From: the human T2T-CHM13v2.0 reference genome, Homo sapiens
Reading direction: 5' to 3' (one strand)
Assembly (NCBI RefSeq): GCF_009914755.1
Contig: NC_060947.1
Length of the DNA: 64,000 nt
In this document: positions 1-14,209 of the stretch, one piece after another
Layout: every line of letters begins with the position of its first letter
Position numbering within the stretch: position 1 is the first letter of the stretch
Made by a program: the position numbers and the translations under genes
Notes under the pieces: generated by a model
What the model was told of the DNA's origin: nothing
What the model saw: only the letters and a program-made list of their open reading frames with translations
Database searches by the model: none

Positions 1-3000
1 TTTCCTCTTAACACTGCTTTTGCTATGTCCCAGAAATTCTGGTATGTTGCATCTTTGTTCTTATTGGTTTGAAAAAATGTCTTGATTTCTGCCGTAATTT
101 TGTGGTTTACTCAAAAGTAATTCTGGAGCAGGTAGTTTAATTTTTATGTAATTGTATGGTTTTGAGATATCTTCCTAGTATTGATTTCTATTTTATTGTA
201 CTGTGGTCCAAGAATGTGGTTGGTATTTTTTTTATTTGTTGAGAATTGCTTTACTGATAAGCATGAGATTGATTTTAGATTATGTGCCATGTGCAGATGA
301 GAAGAATGTATATTCTGGTTTTTGGGTGGAGTATTAGGCAGATGTCTGTTAGGTCCATTTGGTCAAGTGTTAAGTTTTGGTCCCAAATATCTCTGTTAGT
401 TTTTTACCTTGATGATCTATTATTGTCAGTGGGGTGTTGAGATCTCACAGTATTATTGTATGGTTACTTAGTTATCTTCATAGATCTCTAAGAACTTGTT
501 TTATGAATCTGGGTGCTCCTGTGTTAGGTGAATATATATTTGGGATAGTTAAGTCATCTTGTTGAATTGAAGCTCTTATCATTATGTAGTGCCCTTCTTT
601 GCTCTTTTTGATTGTCGTGGTTTAAATTTGTTTTTTTTTTTTTCTGTAATTAGAATAACAACCTTGGCTTCTTTTTGCTTTCCATTTGGCTGGTAGATTT
701 TTCTTTACTTTGAACTTATAGGTGCCATTGCATGTGAGATGGGTCTCTTGAAGATAGCATACAGGTGAGTCTTGCATCTTCAACCAACTTTCCTTTTAAG
801 TGAACACTTTTAAGTGGAGACTTTAACCAACTTTGCCTTTTAAATGGAGAGTTTAGCCTGTTTATATACAAGGTTAATATTGATATGTCCGGATTTGATC
901 CTAGTCATGTTGTTAGCTGATTGTTATATAGACTTGATTTTGTAGTTGCTTTGTAGTTGCTTTGTAGCAACTTGCTTTGTAGCTGCTTTGTAGTCATTAT
1001 GTACATTATTTGTGTACATAATGTAGTACAAATACATTATGTATGTATTTAAGTGTGTTTTTATGGTGGCCTGTAATGATCTTTCATTTCCATGTTTAGT
1101 GCTCCCTTAAGGACCTCTTGTAAGGTAAGTCCGGTGGTAACAAATTCCCTTAGCATTTGCTTGTCTGAAAAAGGTTTTATTTCTTCTTTACTTGTGAAGC
1201 TCAATTTGGCTGAATATAAAATTCTTGGTTGGAATTTCCTTTTCTTTAGGATGTTGAATATACACACCCAGTATTTTCTGGACTGCTGGGTTACTGCTGA
1301 AAGATTCATTGTCAACCAAATGAGCGTCCTTAGCAGGTGATCTGCCCTTCTCTGTAGCTGTCTTTTATATTTTTCCTTTCACATTGACCTTGGAGAATCT
1401 GAGGACTCTGTGTCTTGGAGATGGTCATCTTGTATAGTATCTCACTGGGGTTCTCTGAATTTCCTGAATTTGAATGTGGACCTCTCTAACACAGGGGAAA
1501 AGTTTCATGGGTGATATCCTCAAGTAAGATTTCCAAGTTGCTTACTCTCTCTCCCTCTTTTAAGGACCCATATGAGTCATAGATTTGTTCTCTTTACATA
1601 ATCGCATATTTCTCAAGGTTTTGTTCATTCATTTTTTTTCCTTTATTTTTGCCCAACTGAATTGATTCAAAGAACCAGTCTTTGAGTTCTGAGATACTTT
1701 GTTCAGCTTGGTCTATTCTGCTGTCAATACTTCAAATTGTATTATGAAATTCTTGTAGTGAGTTTTTCAGCTTTATCAGCACAGTTTAATTTTTTCTTAA
1801 CATGGCTATTTCATCTTTTATTTCTTGTATCATTTTACCTGATTCCTTAGATTCCTTGGATTGGGTTTCAACTTTCTCTTGAATCTTGATTGTCTTTTTT
1901 GCCAACTAGAGTCTGAATTCTAAGTTTGTCATTTCAGCCATTTCAGCCTGATTTAGAACTATTGCTGGGGAGGTACTGTGGTCATTTGAAGAAAGAAGAA
2001 ATTCTGGCTCTTTGAGTTACCACAGATTTGCCCTGATTCTTCTCAACTGTTTGGGCTGATGTTCCTTTAATCTCTGATGTTGGTATCCTTTGGATGAGTC
2101 TTTTGGATTTTATATTCTTTGATGGCCTTGAAAGTTTGACTGTGGTAATAGGTAGATTCAGTCAACTGGCTTTGTTTCTGGATGATTTCAGGGGGCCCAG
2201 GCTCACCTCAGCACTTCTATGCTGCATGCTGTAACCCTGGGGGGCTGGAACCAGACCCATGGCTTTATTTCCTGACTCCTCAAAGTTAGGCACCTGTTGT
2301 AGTGGAGGGGCTGAGGCATTCCTGGTCTGTTGGCAACAACAATCTGATGGGGGGTGCTGGCAAAAGCACTATATTGAGGTGGTGGCAATGGGTCTACACT
2401 CACTCATGTGCACATGGTGGCAGGGCTGGTGCTGTGGTGGTGAGGTTTGTGCACAAGTGCATGCGCCAGTGGCAGCAGGGTAGAGAGGTCCATGCTGGAA
2501 ATGTGCTAAGGGGAGACACTGGGTGAGTGCACACTGGCAAAGCCATGAGGGGAAGCTGAGTGTGGGTGCATGGTGGCAGGGGCTCATCTGCTGAAGCGCT
2601 CTGATAGTTAGGCAGAGTTTGCCATTAACAGAACTATGGTGGCCACGAGGAAGCACCCCAGTTGGTCATTTGAGGCTGTACTGCAAACATGCATGGGCAG
2701 GGAGGGACTCTAGGAGTGCCCAGCAGAGAGACGGGTGCTCAGAACACACTGACCCTGTCCCATAGGCAAGACAGCCCTGCTCTATCTAGGTCCTACCACT
2801 AACAAAGGCCAAAGCCACCTAAAGGAGCATGGCAGGCCTTGGGAGATGGGTATCCCTGGATCCCTGGCCATACTCCACTGCAGCCATTCCTGCACCAAAC
2901 CCTCTGGATTCTGCACAGGCTGTAGTCCCGTCCCTGTCACTTCTCCAAGCAGCTCTCCCTGCCAGCTCAAATGTCTGCACTGGGTTATGGGGCCTCCTGC

Positions 3001-3240
3001 AATTAGGATTCAAGAGGTCCATGGTGAGTGGGCCCCTATTCACCTATTTAACTCACCCCTTCTTCAGGAGCCACTGGGCTCCTGGAATAAGTCTCTTTGC
3101 TTGGCAGCCCAGTGCGGGTTTCCCAGCTTCCTCCCGCTTCAACCTATTGTCAGTGTCCTCCCTCTGTCTACTTTTCATGCCTTCCATCCAAAGATCTGTT
3201 TGGAGTGTGTCAGTCTTCTTGAAGGTCTGGTCTCTTGGTC
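1..3240 (-). mobile_element. LINE-1, L1PA15/16-like: 5' UTR, ORF1 and start of ORF2, running off the window edge
   Basis: ORF 1061..1315(-) matches the L1 ORF1p C-terminus (FNILKKRKFQPRILYSAKLSF...FSDKQMLREFVTT). 2200-3240 is a GC-richer 5' UTR. The segment is colinear with the paralogous L1 at 37200-39700. Confidence 0.9.
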
Positions 3241-3638
3241 AGTAATTATTTTAATATAAATGGATTTAACTCCATTCCCCAGATTCCCAGGTATCCTGGC
3301 ATCTTCCTTATGCTCTATAGATTTCTCAGTACCTGAAGGTCACAGTTCAACAGAAGCTATGGCAGAGCCAGCTGGGCCTTATTAAGAAGAGGAGTTGGAG
3401 CAGTGGAGACCCACCAGAATTCATTGGGCATGCACAATCTATGTATTTTTTCAAAATAAAAACAATAATAATAATATTTATGAAATAGCAATATGGTAAT
3501 TTTTAAACTATAGATGTCTTTATTTTTACTTATTCAAATATTGCTGTTTCATGAACAGAAGAGTTAGATATGCCCAATAATATCATTCAGTGATCTTTGA
3601 AATTTTGCCAAATTTGAGTTATACAAAAACCATATCTT

Positions 3639-3642
<4 letters not shown>

Positions 3643-3685
<43 letters not shown>
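3643..3685. repeat. (TA)n microsatellite
   Basis: Pure TA run seen directly. Confidence 0.97.
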
Positions 3686-3687
<2 letters not shown>

Positions 3688-4770
3688 CTAATTTTGTTTT
3701 TATGAATGTATATCTGTCAATGTAGAAAGACAGGGCATATTCTATGTAATAGTTTGTTGATAATCACTTTAAAATATTTAAGCACATTTTTGTTGCCTCT
3801 AGTTATACTCTTAACTTGGGCCTCACAAATGTTAGCAGTGAGCCTGATATTTTAAAAAGAATGTCCTTCCAAATTCAGAATTTTACCTTCAGGTGAATAC
3901 AGACATGAGCGTGCACACACACAAGCGTATTTGTGTGTACTGTATCAGGGTTAACTGGAACAAATTTTGCTTTTCTAAAGAAGTCAACAAATATTTAGCC
4001 ATCCACTTTTATTCATGTATTCACTTGTGTAAAAATTGGCAAATTTGAGTAAGTCAAAATATTTAAAGTTATTAAAACAGGTAAGAGAAGGCTAGAAAAG
4101 CTAGGAATTTAAGTTAGAAATGTCTCGACTAGATTGTGAGATGCAATTTCTGAGAAAGTTGTATATGCAGCTGGTGGCCCCTAAAATGAAAGGCAATGGA
4201 CATTAAATGGGATTGAATTAATTTATACATATGACTATACCTTGATCGACTCAAAGAAGAAAAGTATAATATGTTGGTGTCATTCAAGACAGAGTACTGA
4301 GAACCTGTAGTTGGTTAAGCTTTAGCAGAGTACTCTGGGGCAGACAAGACAGCTGAGTAATCACTTAAGGGAAAATAAGGTTAGATAAAAAATCATTTTA
4401 TTTTATGATTTAGGCAAGGATACATAGTTCTTATCATTTTTTCACATCATTTACCACACAACAAATGCATAAAGTGATTAGTAAAATGAAGTATGGAATC
4501 ATCACATTTAAAACCTTTAGAAGATGTAATTTTAGATAAGTAGGATTATAAAATTGTGCTATAAATATTAGATGTTTTCATGGAAACAGACTACTTAATA
4601 GATTTTCTATTTTTAACCGATTTTCACGGTGCTATTTTCTTACTTAAAATATGTTACTATGAAGATATGATCAGCATACGTATACTTTCTAGACTTAACT
4701 TTTTGCAAAAATAAAATTTGAGCAAAAGAAATTCTGAGTTCAACCACTACATTCCTGAACACTAGTTTTG

Positions 4771-5273
4771 TTAATAGACTTTACTTTTAAGAGCAGTTTT
4801 AGGTTTCCAAAAATATGAGTGGAAAGTAGAGAGAGGTTCTATATATTTCCTCACTACCATTTCCAATTTCCCTTATTATTAACATTTTACATTGATGTGG
4901 TTACATTTGTTACAAATTATGAGCCAGTATTGATACAGTAATATTATTATCTAAAGTCCATAAATCCCATTAAGTTTCACTCTTTGTGTTCTACAGTTTA
5001 TGAGTTTTGATAAATGACAAGTATCTACCATTACAGTACTATACAGAATAGTTTCATTGCCCTGTACATCCCATGTTCTTTACCTATTCGTCGCTCCCTT
5101 TTACCAGAAACCCTGGCATTCACTGATTGTTTTGCTATCTCAATGGTTTTGCCCTTTCCAGAATGTCATATAGTTGTAATCATGTAAAATTTAACCTTTT
5201 TTAGATTGATTTCTGTCACATAGTGATACACATTCAGGTTCCTTTATGTCTTTTCATGACTCGAGTTCATAGT
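4771..5273 (-). mobile_element. L1MC-type LINE, 3' end (left half of an element split by later insertions)
   Basis: Starts ttaatagactttacttttaagagcagttttaggtt, typical of the L1MC1/2 3' UTR antisense. The sequence resumes at 29761. Confidence 0.8.
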
Positions 5274-5949
5274 TCATTTATTTACTTTTTACAGGTTTTT
5301 ATATTTAAATAGTATACAGTATTTTAATCTATTATCTTGCTTTTTTGAGAAGGTACATGTGATAATATATTCATAAAATTTATGAAGATCAAATCAGTGT
5401 AATTGGGGCATCCATTACCTTAAATATTTGTCTTTTTTTCTGATAGAGACATTCTAACTATTCACTTGCAGATATTTTGAAATATAAAACAGATTATTTT
5501 AACTATCGTCACCTACTTATCTATCAAACATGACGTCTTATTTCTTCTATCAAACTGTATATTTTTACCCATTAATCAAACTCTCTTCATTACTCAACTT
5601 CCCTTTCCTTTACAGACTCTGGTAACCACCAATCTACACTCTATTTTCATGAGATCCAGTTTTATAGCTCCCACATGTGAGTAAGAACATGAAATATTTG
5701 TCTTTCTATACTTGGCTTATTTTACTTAATAGAATTACCTACAATTCCATCCATGTTGCTGCAAATGATAGGATTTTGTTCTTTTCCATGGCTTAATAAT
5801 ATTCCACTGTACTTATATACTACATTTTCTTTACCCACTCATCCACTGATGGGCATTTAGGTTGATTCCATGTTTTGGTTATAGTGAATAGGCCTGCAAT
5901 AAACATGGGAGTGGAGGTATCTCTTTGATATATTAATTTCCTTTTTTTG

Positions 5950-5952
<3 letters not shown>

Positions 5953-5999
<47 letters not shown>
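5953..5999. repeat. (TA)n(CA)n compound microsatellite inside the L1
   Basis: Seen directly. Confidence 0.95.
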
Positions 6000-8900
6000 G
6001 AATGAGAGAATATTTATATATTAGGGGAATTGCTGAATCATATGATCATTCTATTTTTAGTTTTTTGAGGAACTTTCATATGATTATCCATAGCGGCTAT
6101 ACTAGTTTGCATTCCACCAAAAGTGTGAGAGGGTTCCCCTTTCTCTAAATCCTTGACAACATCTGTTATTCCCTGTATTTCTGATGAAAGCCATTTTAGC
6201 CAGGGTGAGATGATTCCTCATTATGATTTTGAATTGCATTTCTCTGATGATTAGTGATGTTGAAGATTTTTTCAATACTTGCTGACAATTCATATGTCTT
6301 TTTTTGAGAAATGTTTATTCAGATGTTTTGCCCATTTTTTAATCAAATCTTTTTTTGCTATTGAGTTGTTTGGGAATATTACATATTCTGGTTACTAATC
6401 CCTTATCAGATGTATAGTTAGCAAATATTTCTCTCATTCTGTGGATTGTCTTGTCACTTTGTTGATTATTTCCTTTGTATCAAGCTCATTAGCTTGATGT
6501 AATCCTATTTGTCAATTTTTGCTTTTGTTGCCTACATTTTTGAGGTCTTACCAAAAAATATCTTTGCCCAGACCAATGTCCTGGGGAGTTTCCCCAGTGT
6601 TTTCTTATAGTAGTTTCAGGTATTAAATTTAAGTTTGAGGTCTTAAATTTAAGTCTGTAATTCATTTTTATTTTATTTTTTATATGTCAGCAGATAGGGG
6701 TCTAGTTTCATTCTTATGCATATGGATATCCAGCTTTCCCAGCACCATTTATTGAAGACACTGTCCCTTTCCCATTATATGTTCTTGGCACCTTTGTTGA
6801 AAATGGGTTGGCTGTAAACTTATGGGTTTATATCTAAATTCTCTATTCTGTTACATTGGTTTATGTGTCTGTTTTATGCCAGTACCATGCTGATATTGTT
6901 CCTATAGCTTTGTAGTATATTTTGAATTTAGTTAATGTGATGCCTCTAGCTTTGTACTTTTTGCTCAGGATGGCTTTGGCTATTTGAGTCTTTTGTGGTT
7001 CCATGTACATTTTAGAATTGTTTTTCTATTCCTGTGAAGAATGTCATTTTAATAGGGATTGCATCGAGTTTTTAAATTGCTTTGGGTATTGGTGCCATTT
7101 AGTTATGTGATTCTTCCAGTCCATGAGCTTGGAATACCAATTTTTTGTATTCTCTTTAATTTCTTTCATCAGTGTTTTATAGTTTTCTTTGTAGAGGTAT
7201 TTAACTTCTTTGGTTAAATTGATTCCTATGTATTTTATATTCTTTGCAATTATTGTAAATGGTATTGCTTTTTGACTTTTTTTAGATTGTTCACTGTTGG
7301 CATATATAAATGCTACTGCTTTCCGCATGTAGATTTTGTATCCTGCAACTTCCCTAAATTTCTTTTACCAGTTCTAAGATTAAATAGTTTTTTGGTGAAG
7401 TCTTTAGGTATTTCAAAGCGTAAGGTTATGTTATCTGCAACCAAGGCTAATTTGACTTATTTCTTTCCAATGTTAATGCTGTTTATTTCTTTCTCTTGCC
7501 TAAATCATCTGGTGAAAGTGGGCATCCTTTTCTTATTCTAGATTTTAGAGGATAAGATTTTAATTTTTCCCCATTTAGTATGATGTTAACTGTGGGGTTG
7601 TCATAGATGGTCTTTATTACTTTGACATATGTTCCTTCTATACCCTGTTTTTTGAGTGCTTTAATCATAAAGAGATGTTGAATTTTACTGAATGCTCTTT
7701 CAGCACCTATTAAAATTATCATACAGTTTTGTTGTTGATTCTGTTTATGTGATGTATCACCTTTATGGATTTGCATATGTTGAAACATTCTTACATCCTT
7801 GGGCTGAATCCCACTTGATCACGGTGAATAATCATTTTAATGTGTTGTTGAATTTGATTTGCTAGCATTTTGTTGAGGAATTTTGCATCTATGTTCATCA
7901 GTGATATTGGCCTGTAGTTATCTTTATTTTTTTCCTTATCTGGTTTTGGTATCAGGGAAATGCGGCAATGTAGAATATGTTTGGAAGTGTTCCCTCCTCA
8001 TTAAATTTTTTTGAAGAATTCGAGTATAATTAATATTATTTTTCCTTTAAATGTTTGGTAGAATTTAGCAGTGAAGCCATTAGCTCCTGAGCTTTTCTTT
8101 GATGGGAGGCTTTTTATTATAGCTTCGTTATTCTTGTTTGTTATTTGGGTTTTCTTTTTCTTCCTGGTTCAGTGTTGATAAGTTATATGTTTCTAGGAAT
8201 TTATTCATTTCTTCAAGGATTTCCAATTTGTTAGAATGTAGTTGTTCATAATAGTGTCCAATGATTCTTTGTATTTCTGTGGTCTTATTTGTTACGTCTT
8301 TTTGGCTTCTGATTTTATTTATTTAAATCTTCTCTCTTTTTTTCTTAGTCTATCTAAAGGTTTGTCAATTTTGTTTATCTTTTTTAAAAACATCAACTTT
8401 TCATTTTGTTGATCTGTATTATTTTTAGTCTCAATTTCATTTATTTAGGTTATGATATTTATTATTTCTTTCCATCTACTAATTTTGAGTTTGGTTTGTT
8501 CTCGCCGTTCTAGTTTCTTGAGCTGCATCACTAGTTGTTGTTGCTTTTTTTAAGTCTTTCTACTTTTTTGATGCAGGCATTTGCTTATTACTATAAAATT
8601 CCCTCAGTACAAGTTTTGCTGCATCGTATTGACTTCGGTATGTTGTGTTTTTATTTTCTTTTGTTTTAAGAAATATTTTAAATTTTTTCTTAATTTCTTC
8701 ACTGACCCATTGGCCATTCAAGAACATGTTGTTTAATTTGCATGTGTTTGTGTATTTTGAGGTTCCTCTTGTTGTTCACTTCTAGTTTTATATCATTGTG
8801 GCCAGAAAAGATAGTTGATAAGATTTCTATCTTTTTTAGTTTGTTGAGACTTGTTTTGTGGCCTATTCTGGGGAATGTCCCATGTGCTAATGAAAAGAAT

Positions 8901-10369
8901 GTGTATTCTGCAGCAGTTGGGTGAAATGATCGGTAAATATCAGCGAGGCTTATTTTTCTAGTCTATACTTTATCTCCTATGTTTCTTTATCAATTTTTTC
9001 TCTGGATGATCTGTCCATTGCTGACAGTGTGGTGTTTGACGTATCCTACTATTATCATATTGCAATCGACCTCTCCCTTTAGATCTATTAATGTTTGTTT
9101 ACATACTTGGAAGCCCTGGTGTTGGGCGCATAGATATTTATAACTGTTCTATTAATTTGCTCAATTGACTCCTTTATCATTATATAGTGACCTGCTTTAT
9201 CTTTTTTTATAGTTTTTGATTTATAATCCATCTTATATAAATATAGCCATTCCTGCTCTTTTTTAGTTTCCAGTTGCATGGAATATCTTTTTCCACCCCT
9301 TCCCTCTCAGTTTTTGTGTATCTTTATAGGTGAAGTGGTTTTCTCTTAGGAAACATATAATTGAGTCTTGTTTCTTTATCTATTCAACCACTGTATGGTT
9401 TTTAAATGAAGTGAGTTTATTTACATTCAGTGTTATTTTTGATAAATAAGGACTTATCTTTGTCATTTTGTTGTTTGTTTTCTGATTGTCTTGTAACTAC
9501 TGTCTGCCTTTCTTCTTGTCTTCTTTTGTGGTTAAGTGATTTTCTCTGGTAGTATCTTTAAATTTATTGGTTTTTATTTTTTAGGACCGTATGATAAGTT
9601 TTTACATTGTAATTACCATGAACCTTACAAAAAATGCTTACAGTTATTACCAGTTATTTCAAACAGCTGACAACTTACTTTAGCTGACAGAAAAAGGAAT
9701 ATAAACAAACAGAAAAAATGATAAAACAACCATTACAGTTTAACTCCACCCCCCCCCTCCACATTTTGGCTTTATGCTGTCCAAATTTACATATCTTATA
9801 TTACCTATCTCTTAACAGGTTGCTATAGGTAATATTGTTATTGATAGAATTGTCTTGGGGCTCCATATTAGAGTTATGAGTGGATTGCACACACCAGTTA
9901 CAGCATTGGAGTATTCTGGGTTTGTATTTGTACTTAATTTTACCAGTGGGTTTTATACCTTTATATGTTTTCTTTTTACACATTATTGTCTTTTACTTTC
10001 ACATTGCAGAACTCCCTTTAACATTTCTTGTAAGGCTCGTCTAGTGGTGGTGATCGGCTTTTGCTTGTCTAAGATAAACTTTATTTCTGTTTCATATTTT
10101 ACAGATAGTTTTTCTGGGTACAGTATTCTTCAATGAGAGTTTTTATTTTTTTTAGATCAGTGCTTAGAATATGTCATCTCACTCCTTCCTGGCCTGTATG
10201 ATTTCTGTTAAAAAGTCTGTTAACAGAATAATTTCAGTTTTTTTCTATTATATTTGCTTTTTTTCCTTGTTCTTTTAGGATTCTCTTTTTCCTTGAACTT
10301 TGAGAGACTGATTATGTCCTAGGGTTGTCTTATTTGGGTCTAACCTGTTTTGTGTTCTCTGATCTTTCT

Positions 10370-10463
10370 GTACCTGGATCTTTCTGTACCTGGATCTCTT
10401 TCTCAAGTTTTAAAAAGTACCTGGATCTTTCTGTACCTGGATATCTTTCTCAAGTTTTAAAAA
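10370..10463. repeat. 47-bp tandem duplication containing a nested 16-bp repeat
   Basis: 10370-10416 and 10417-10463 differ at one base. The gatctttctgtacctg unit is reiterated within them. Confidence 0.9.
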
Positions 10464-11042
10464 GTATCCTGTTATTATTTCTTTGAATAAGCTTTCCACT
10501 CCTTGCTCTTGCTCAATGCCCTCTTGAACACCAATAATTCCTAGATTTGGTCTTTCGAGATAATTTTCTATATCTTGTTGGGTATATTTGTCTTTTTTCA
10601 TTTTTTTTCTACTCTGATTCTATATTTTCAAATAACCTGTCTTCAAGCTCACTGATTCTTTCCTTTGCTTTATCTGTTCTGCTGTTGAGAGCCCCTTATG
10701 AATTTTTCAGTTGAGCAAATTTATTTTTCACTTTCAAGATTTCTGTTTGATTTTATTATTTTAATCTCTTTATTAAATTTCTATTATACATTCCTGAATT
10801 GCTTTTCTGTGCTATCTTGGAGATCACTGAACTTTTTAATAAAACTATTTTAAATTCTTGATCAGAAAGTTTACATATCACCATCTCATTAGGGTCAGTC
10901 TCTGGTACTTGGCTTTGTCAATTTGAGGAGATGATGATTGCTACCATTTCTTATTTGCTACCGTTTCTTGTGGATGTACAGCTATGCCTTTGCATTGAAG
11001 GATTCGTTATTTATTCCAATTGTTTCTGTCTGGGTTATTTAG

Positions 11043-11388
<346 letters not shown>

Positions 11389-11546
11389 AGATGCTGCCTT
11401 ATTTTTAGCAGTATATGGTGACTTTAGCCAAAGTTTTCTTTTGTTCTAGTAAGGAATCAATGGTACTTAATCTGAATGGGGGAGATCCCAAAGGAAATAT
11501 TCTGGCAGTATGGAATGTCTGGCTAGGGATTTGTGTCCAGGGGATC

Positions 11547-11584
11547 TGTATTAGTCAAGGTTCCCTAGAAGGGCAGAACTAATA

Positions 11585-11639
<55 letters not shown>

Positions 11640-13533
11640 TATGTATATATTTATAATAGATATATTTTATATATAAATAATTTATATTTATATATAAATA
11701 TAAATATATACTACAGATATTTATATATAAATATAAATATATACTACAGATATTTACATATATAAATATAAATATATACTACGTATATTTACATATATAA
11801 ATATAAATATATACTACGTATATTTACATATATAAATATAAATATATACTACGTATATTTACATATATAAATATAAATATATACTACGTATATTTACATA
11901 TATAAATATAAATATATACTACGTATATTTACATATATAAATATAAATATATACTACGTATATTTACATATAAATATAAATATATACTACGTATATTTAC
12001 ATATAAATATAAATATATACTACGTATATTTACATATAAATATAAATATATACTACGTATATTTACATATATAAATATAAATATATACTACGTATATTTA
12101 CATATATAAATATAAATATATACTACGTATATTTACATATATAAATATAAATATATACTACGTATATTTACATATATAAATATAAATATATACTACGTAT
12201 ATTTACATATATAAATATAAATATATACTACGTATATTTACATATATAAATATAAATATATACTACGTATATTTACATATATAAATATAAATATATACTA
12301 CGTATATTTACATATATAAATATAAATATATACTACGTATATTTACATATATAAATATAAACATATACTACGTATATTTACATATATAAATATAAACATA
12401 TACTATATATTTATATATAAACATATACTATATATTTATATATAAACATATACTATATATTTATATATGAATATAAACATATACTATATTTATATATGAA
12501 TATAAACATATATATTTATATATATGAATATAAACATACATATTTATATATATGAATATAAACATACATATTTATATATATGAATATAAACATACATATT
12601 TATATATATGAATATAAACATATATTTATATATGAATATAAACATATATATTTTTATATATGAATATAAACATATATATTTTTATATATGAATATAAACA
12701 TATATTTATATATATGAATATAAACATATATTTATATATATGAATATAAACTGTGTATATTTATATATATGAATATAAACTGTGTATATTTATATATATG
12801 AATATAAACATTTATATTTATATATATGAATATAAACTGTATATATTTATATATGAATATAAACTGTATATATTTATATATAAATATAAACTGTATATAT
12901 TTATAATATATATATTTATAATATATTATAAATATATATATTTTAAATATATATATTTATAATATATATTTATAATATATTATAAATATATATATTTTAA
13001 ATATATATATTTATAATATATATTTATAATATATATATTTATAATATATATTATATATATTTATAATATATGTATTTATAATATATGTATTTATAATATA
13101 TGTATTTATAATATATATTTACTATATATATATTTATAATATATATTATATATATAAAATATGGGAATTTATTAAGGATTAACTTACACGATCACAAAGT
13201 CCCACAATAGGCTGTCTGCAAGCTTGAGGAGCAAAGAGAGCCAGTTCGAGTCTCAAAACTGGAGAACTTGGAGTCCGATGCTTGAGGGCAGGAAGGATGC
13301 AGCACGGGAGAAAGATGTAGGCTGGGAGTCTTGCCTTTTCATGTTTTTCTGCCTGCTTTATATGCACTGGTAGCTGATTAATTTGTGCCCACAAGATTAA
13401 GGGTGGGTCTGCCTTCCCGAGCCCACTGACTCAAATGTTAATCTCCTTTGGCAACACCCTCACAGACACATCCAGGAACAATACTCTGCATTCTTCAATC
13501 CAGTCAAGCTGACACTCAGTATTAACCATCACA
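11547..13533 (-). mobile_element. HERV-L 3' LTR (MLT2A1-like) expanded by an AT-rich array
   Basis: tgtattagtcaaggttccctagaagggcagaactaatagga...cagtattaaccatcaca matches 18471-18900. Poly(A) signal on the minus strand (tttatt at 13168-13173). Confidence 0.93.
11587..13162. repeat. Composite AT-rich array: (TA)n, a 35-bp minisatellite (tactacgtatatttacatatataaatataaatata), then shorter derived units
   Basis: About 18 TACGTA-containing units at 11779-12375 (some 33 bp). These grade into tatatttatatatatgaatataaaca-type and tatatttataa-type units. Confidence 0.97.
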
Positions 13534-14209
13534 AATCCACATCTTGTCAACTTGAACCCATACACATCTCCTGAGATTATACATAATCTTCAAATAAAGA
13601 CAATAATAAGGTCATAATTATCCCTAACTTAATATAACTATTCTTCGTACAACCGGAAATGCACCAATCAGTCCCCAACCCAAATACTACTACTTAAAGT
13701 TAACAATACGTAAATACTGATATGAAGTCAATAAATCTGATGTCACATGATAAAGAAAAAGGAAATAAAATGAAGATATTTTCTTAGTACAAGTAGATAC
13801 ATGCACAAACATGTTTTTAATAAAAGAAGGAGGAAATACTCATGACAGTTACTGTCCTCGTTTCTGCAGCTGGTCACGTGGAGCTCATATTGATGACTAC
13901 TTTCTTCTATTACACATTCTGTATTCCCTTTGCCTTCAGCAAGCACCTCAGCAGGTGGTGGGTTTTTTTTCCTGGTAGAGTAACACAAACCTTCATTCCT
14001 GGGAGGTCTGGATCATTTGTAGTCCTGCCTGGATTGGGCGGTTATAGTTTCTCATTGACCTTAATCACAGGGCAGGGTAATACTAAGAGACAGGATAATG
14101 GATCTCCTGTACTCCATGCTTACTCTTCCTTACCTCCATTATGGGGTAATAGACTGGTTTCATCTTGATAGTCCGGGTCAATCTTCCTGCCAATACTCTA
14201 AGTCCCTTC

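Noticed and set aside
1-2400. Similarity to 37200-39600 suggesting a segmental duplication
   Set aside because: The similarity is confined to L1 sequence and is clearly diverged. These are two independent insertions of related subfamilies.
11690-12400. Regular 35-bp repeats superficially like a CRISPR array
   Set aside because: The units are head-to-tail with no unique spacers, there are no cas genes, and the context is primate. It is a minisatellite.
12753-12962. 69-aa Y/I/K-rich ORF
   Set aside because: Translation of low-complexity AT repeats.
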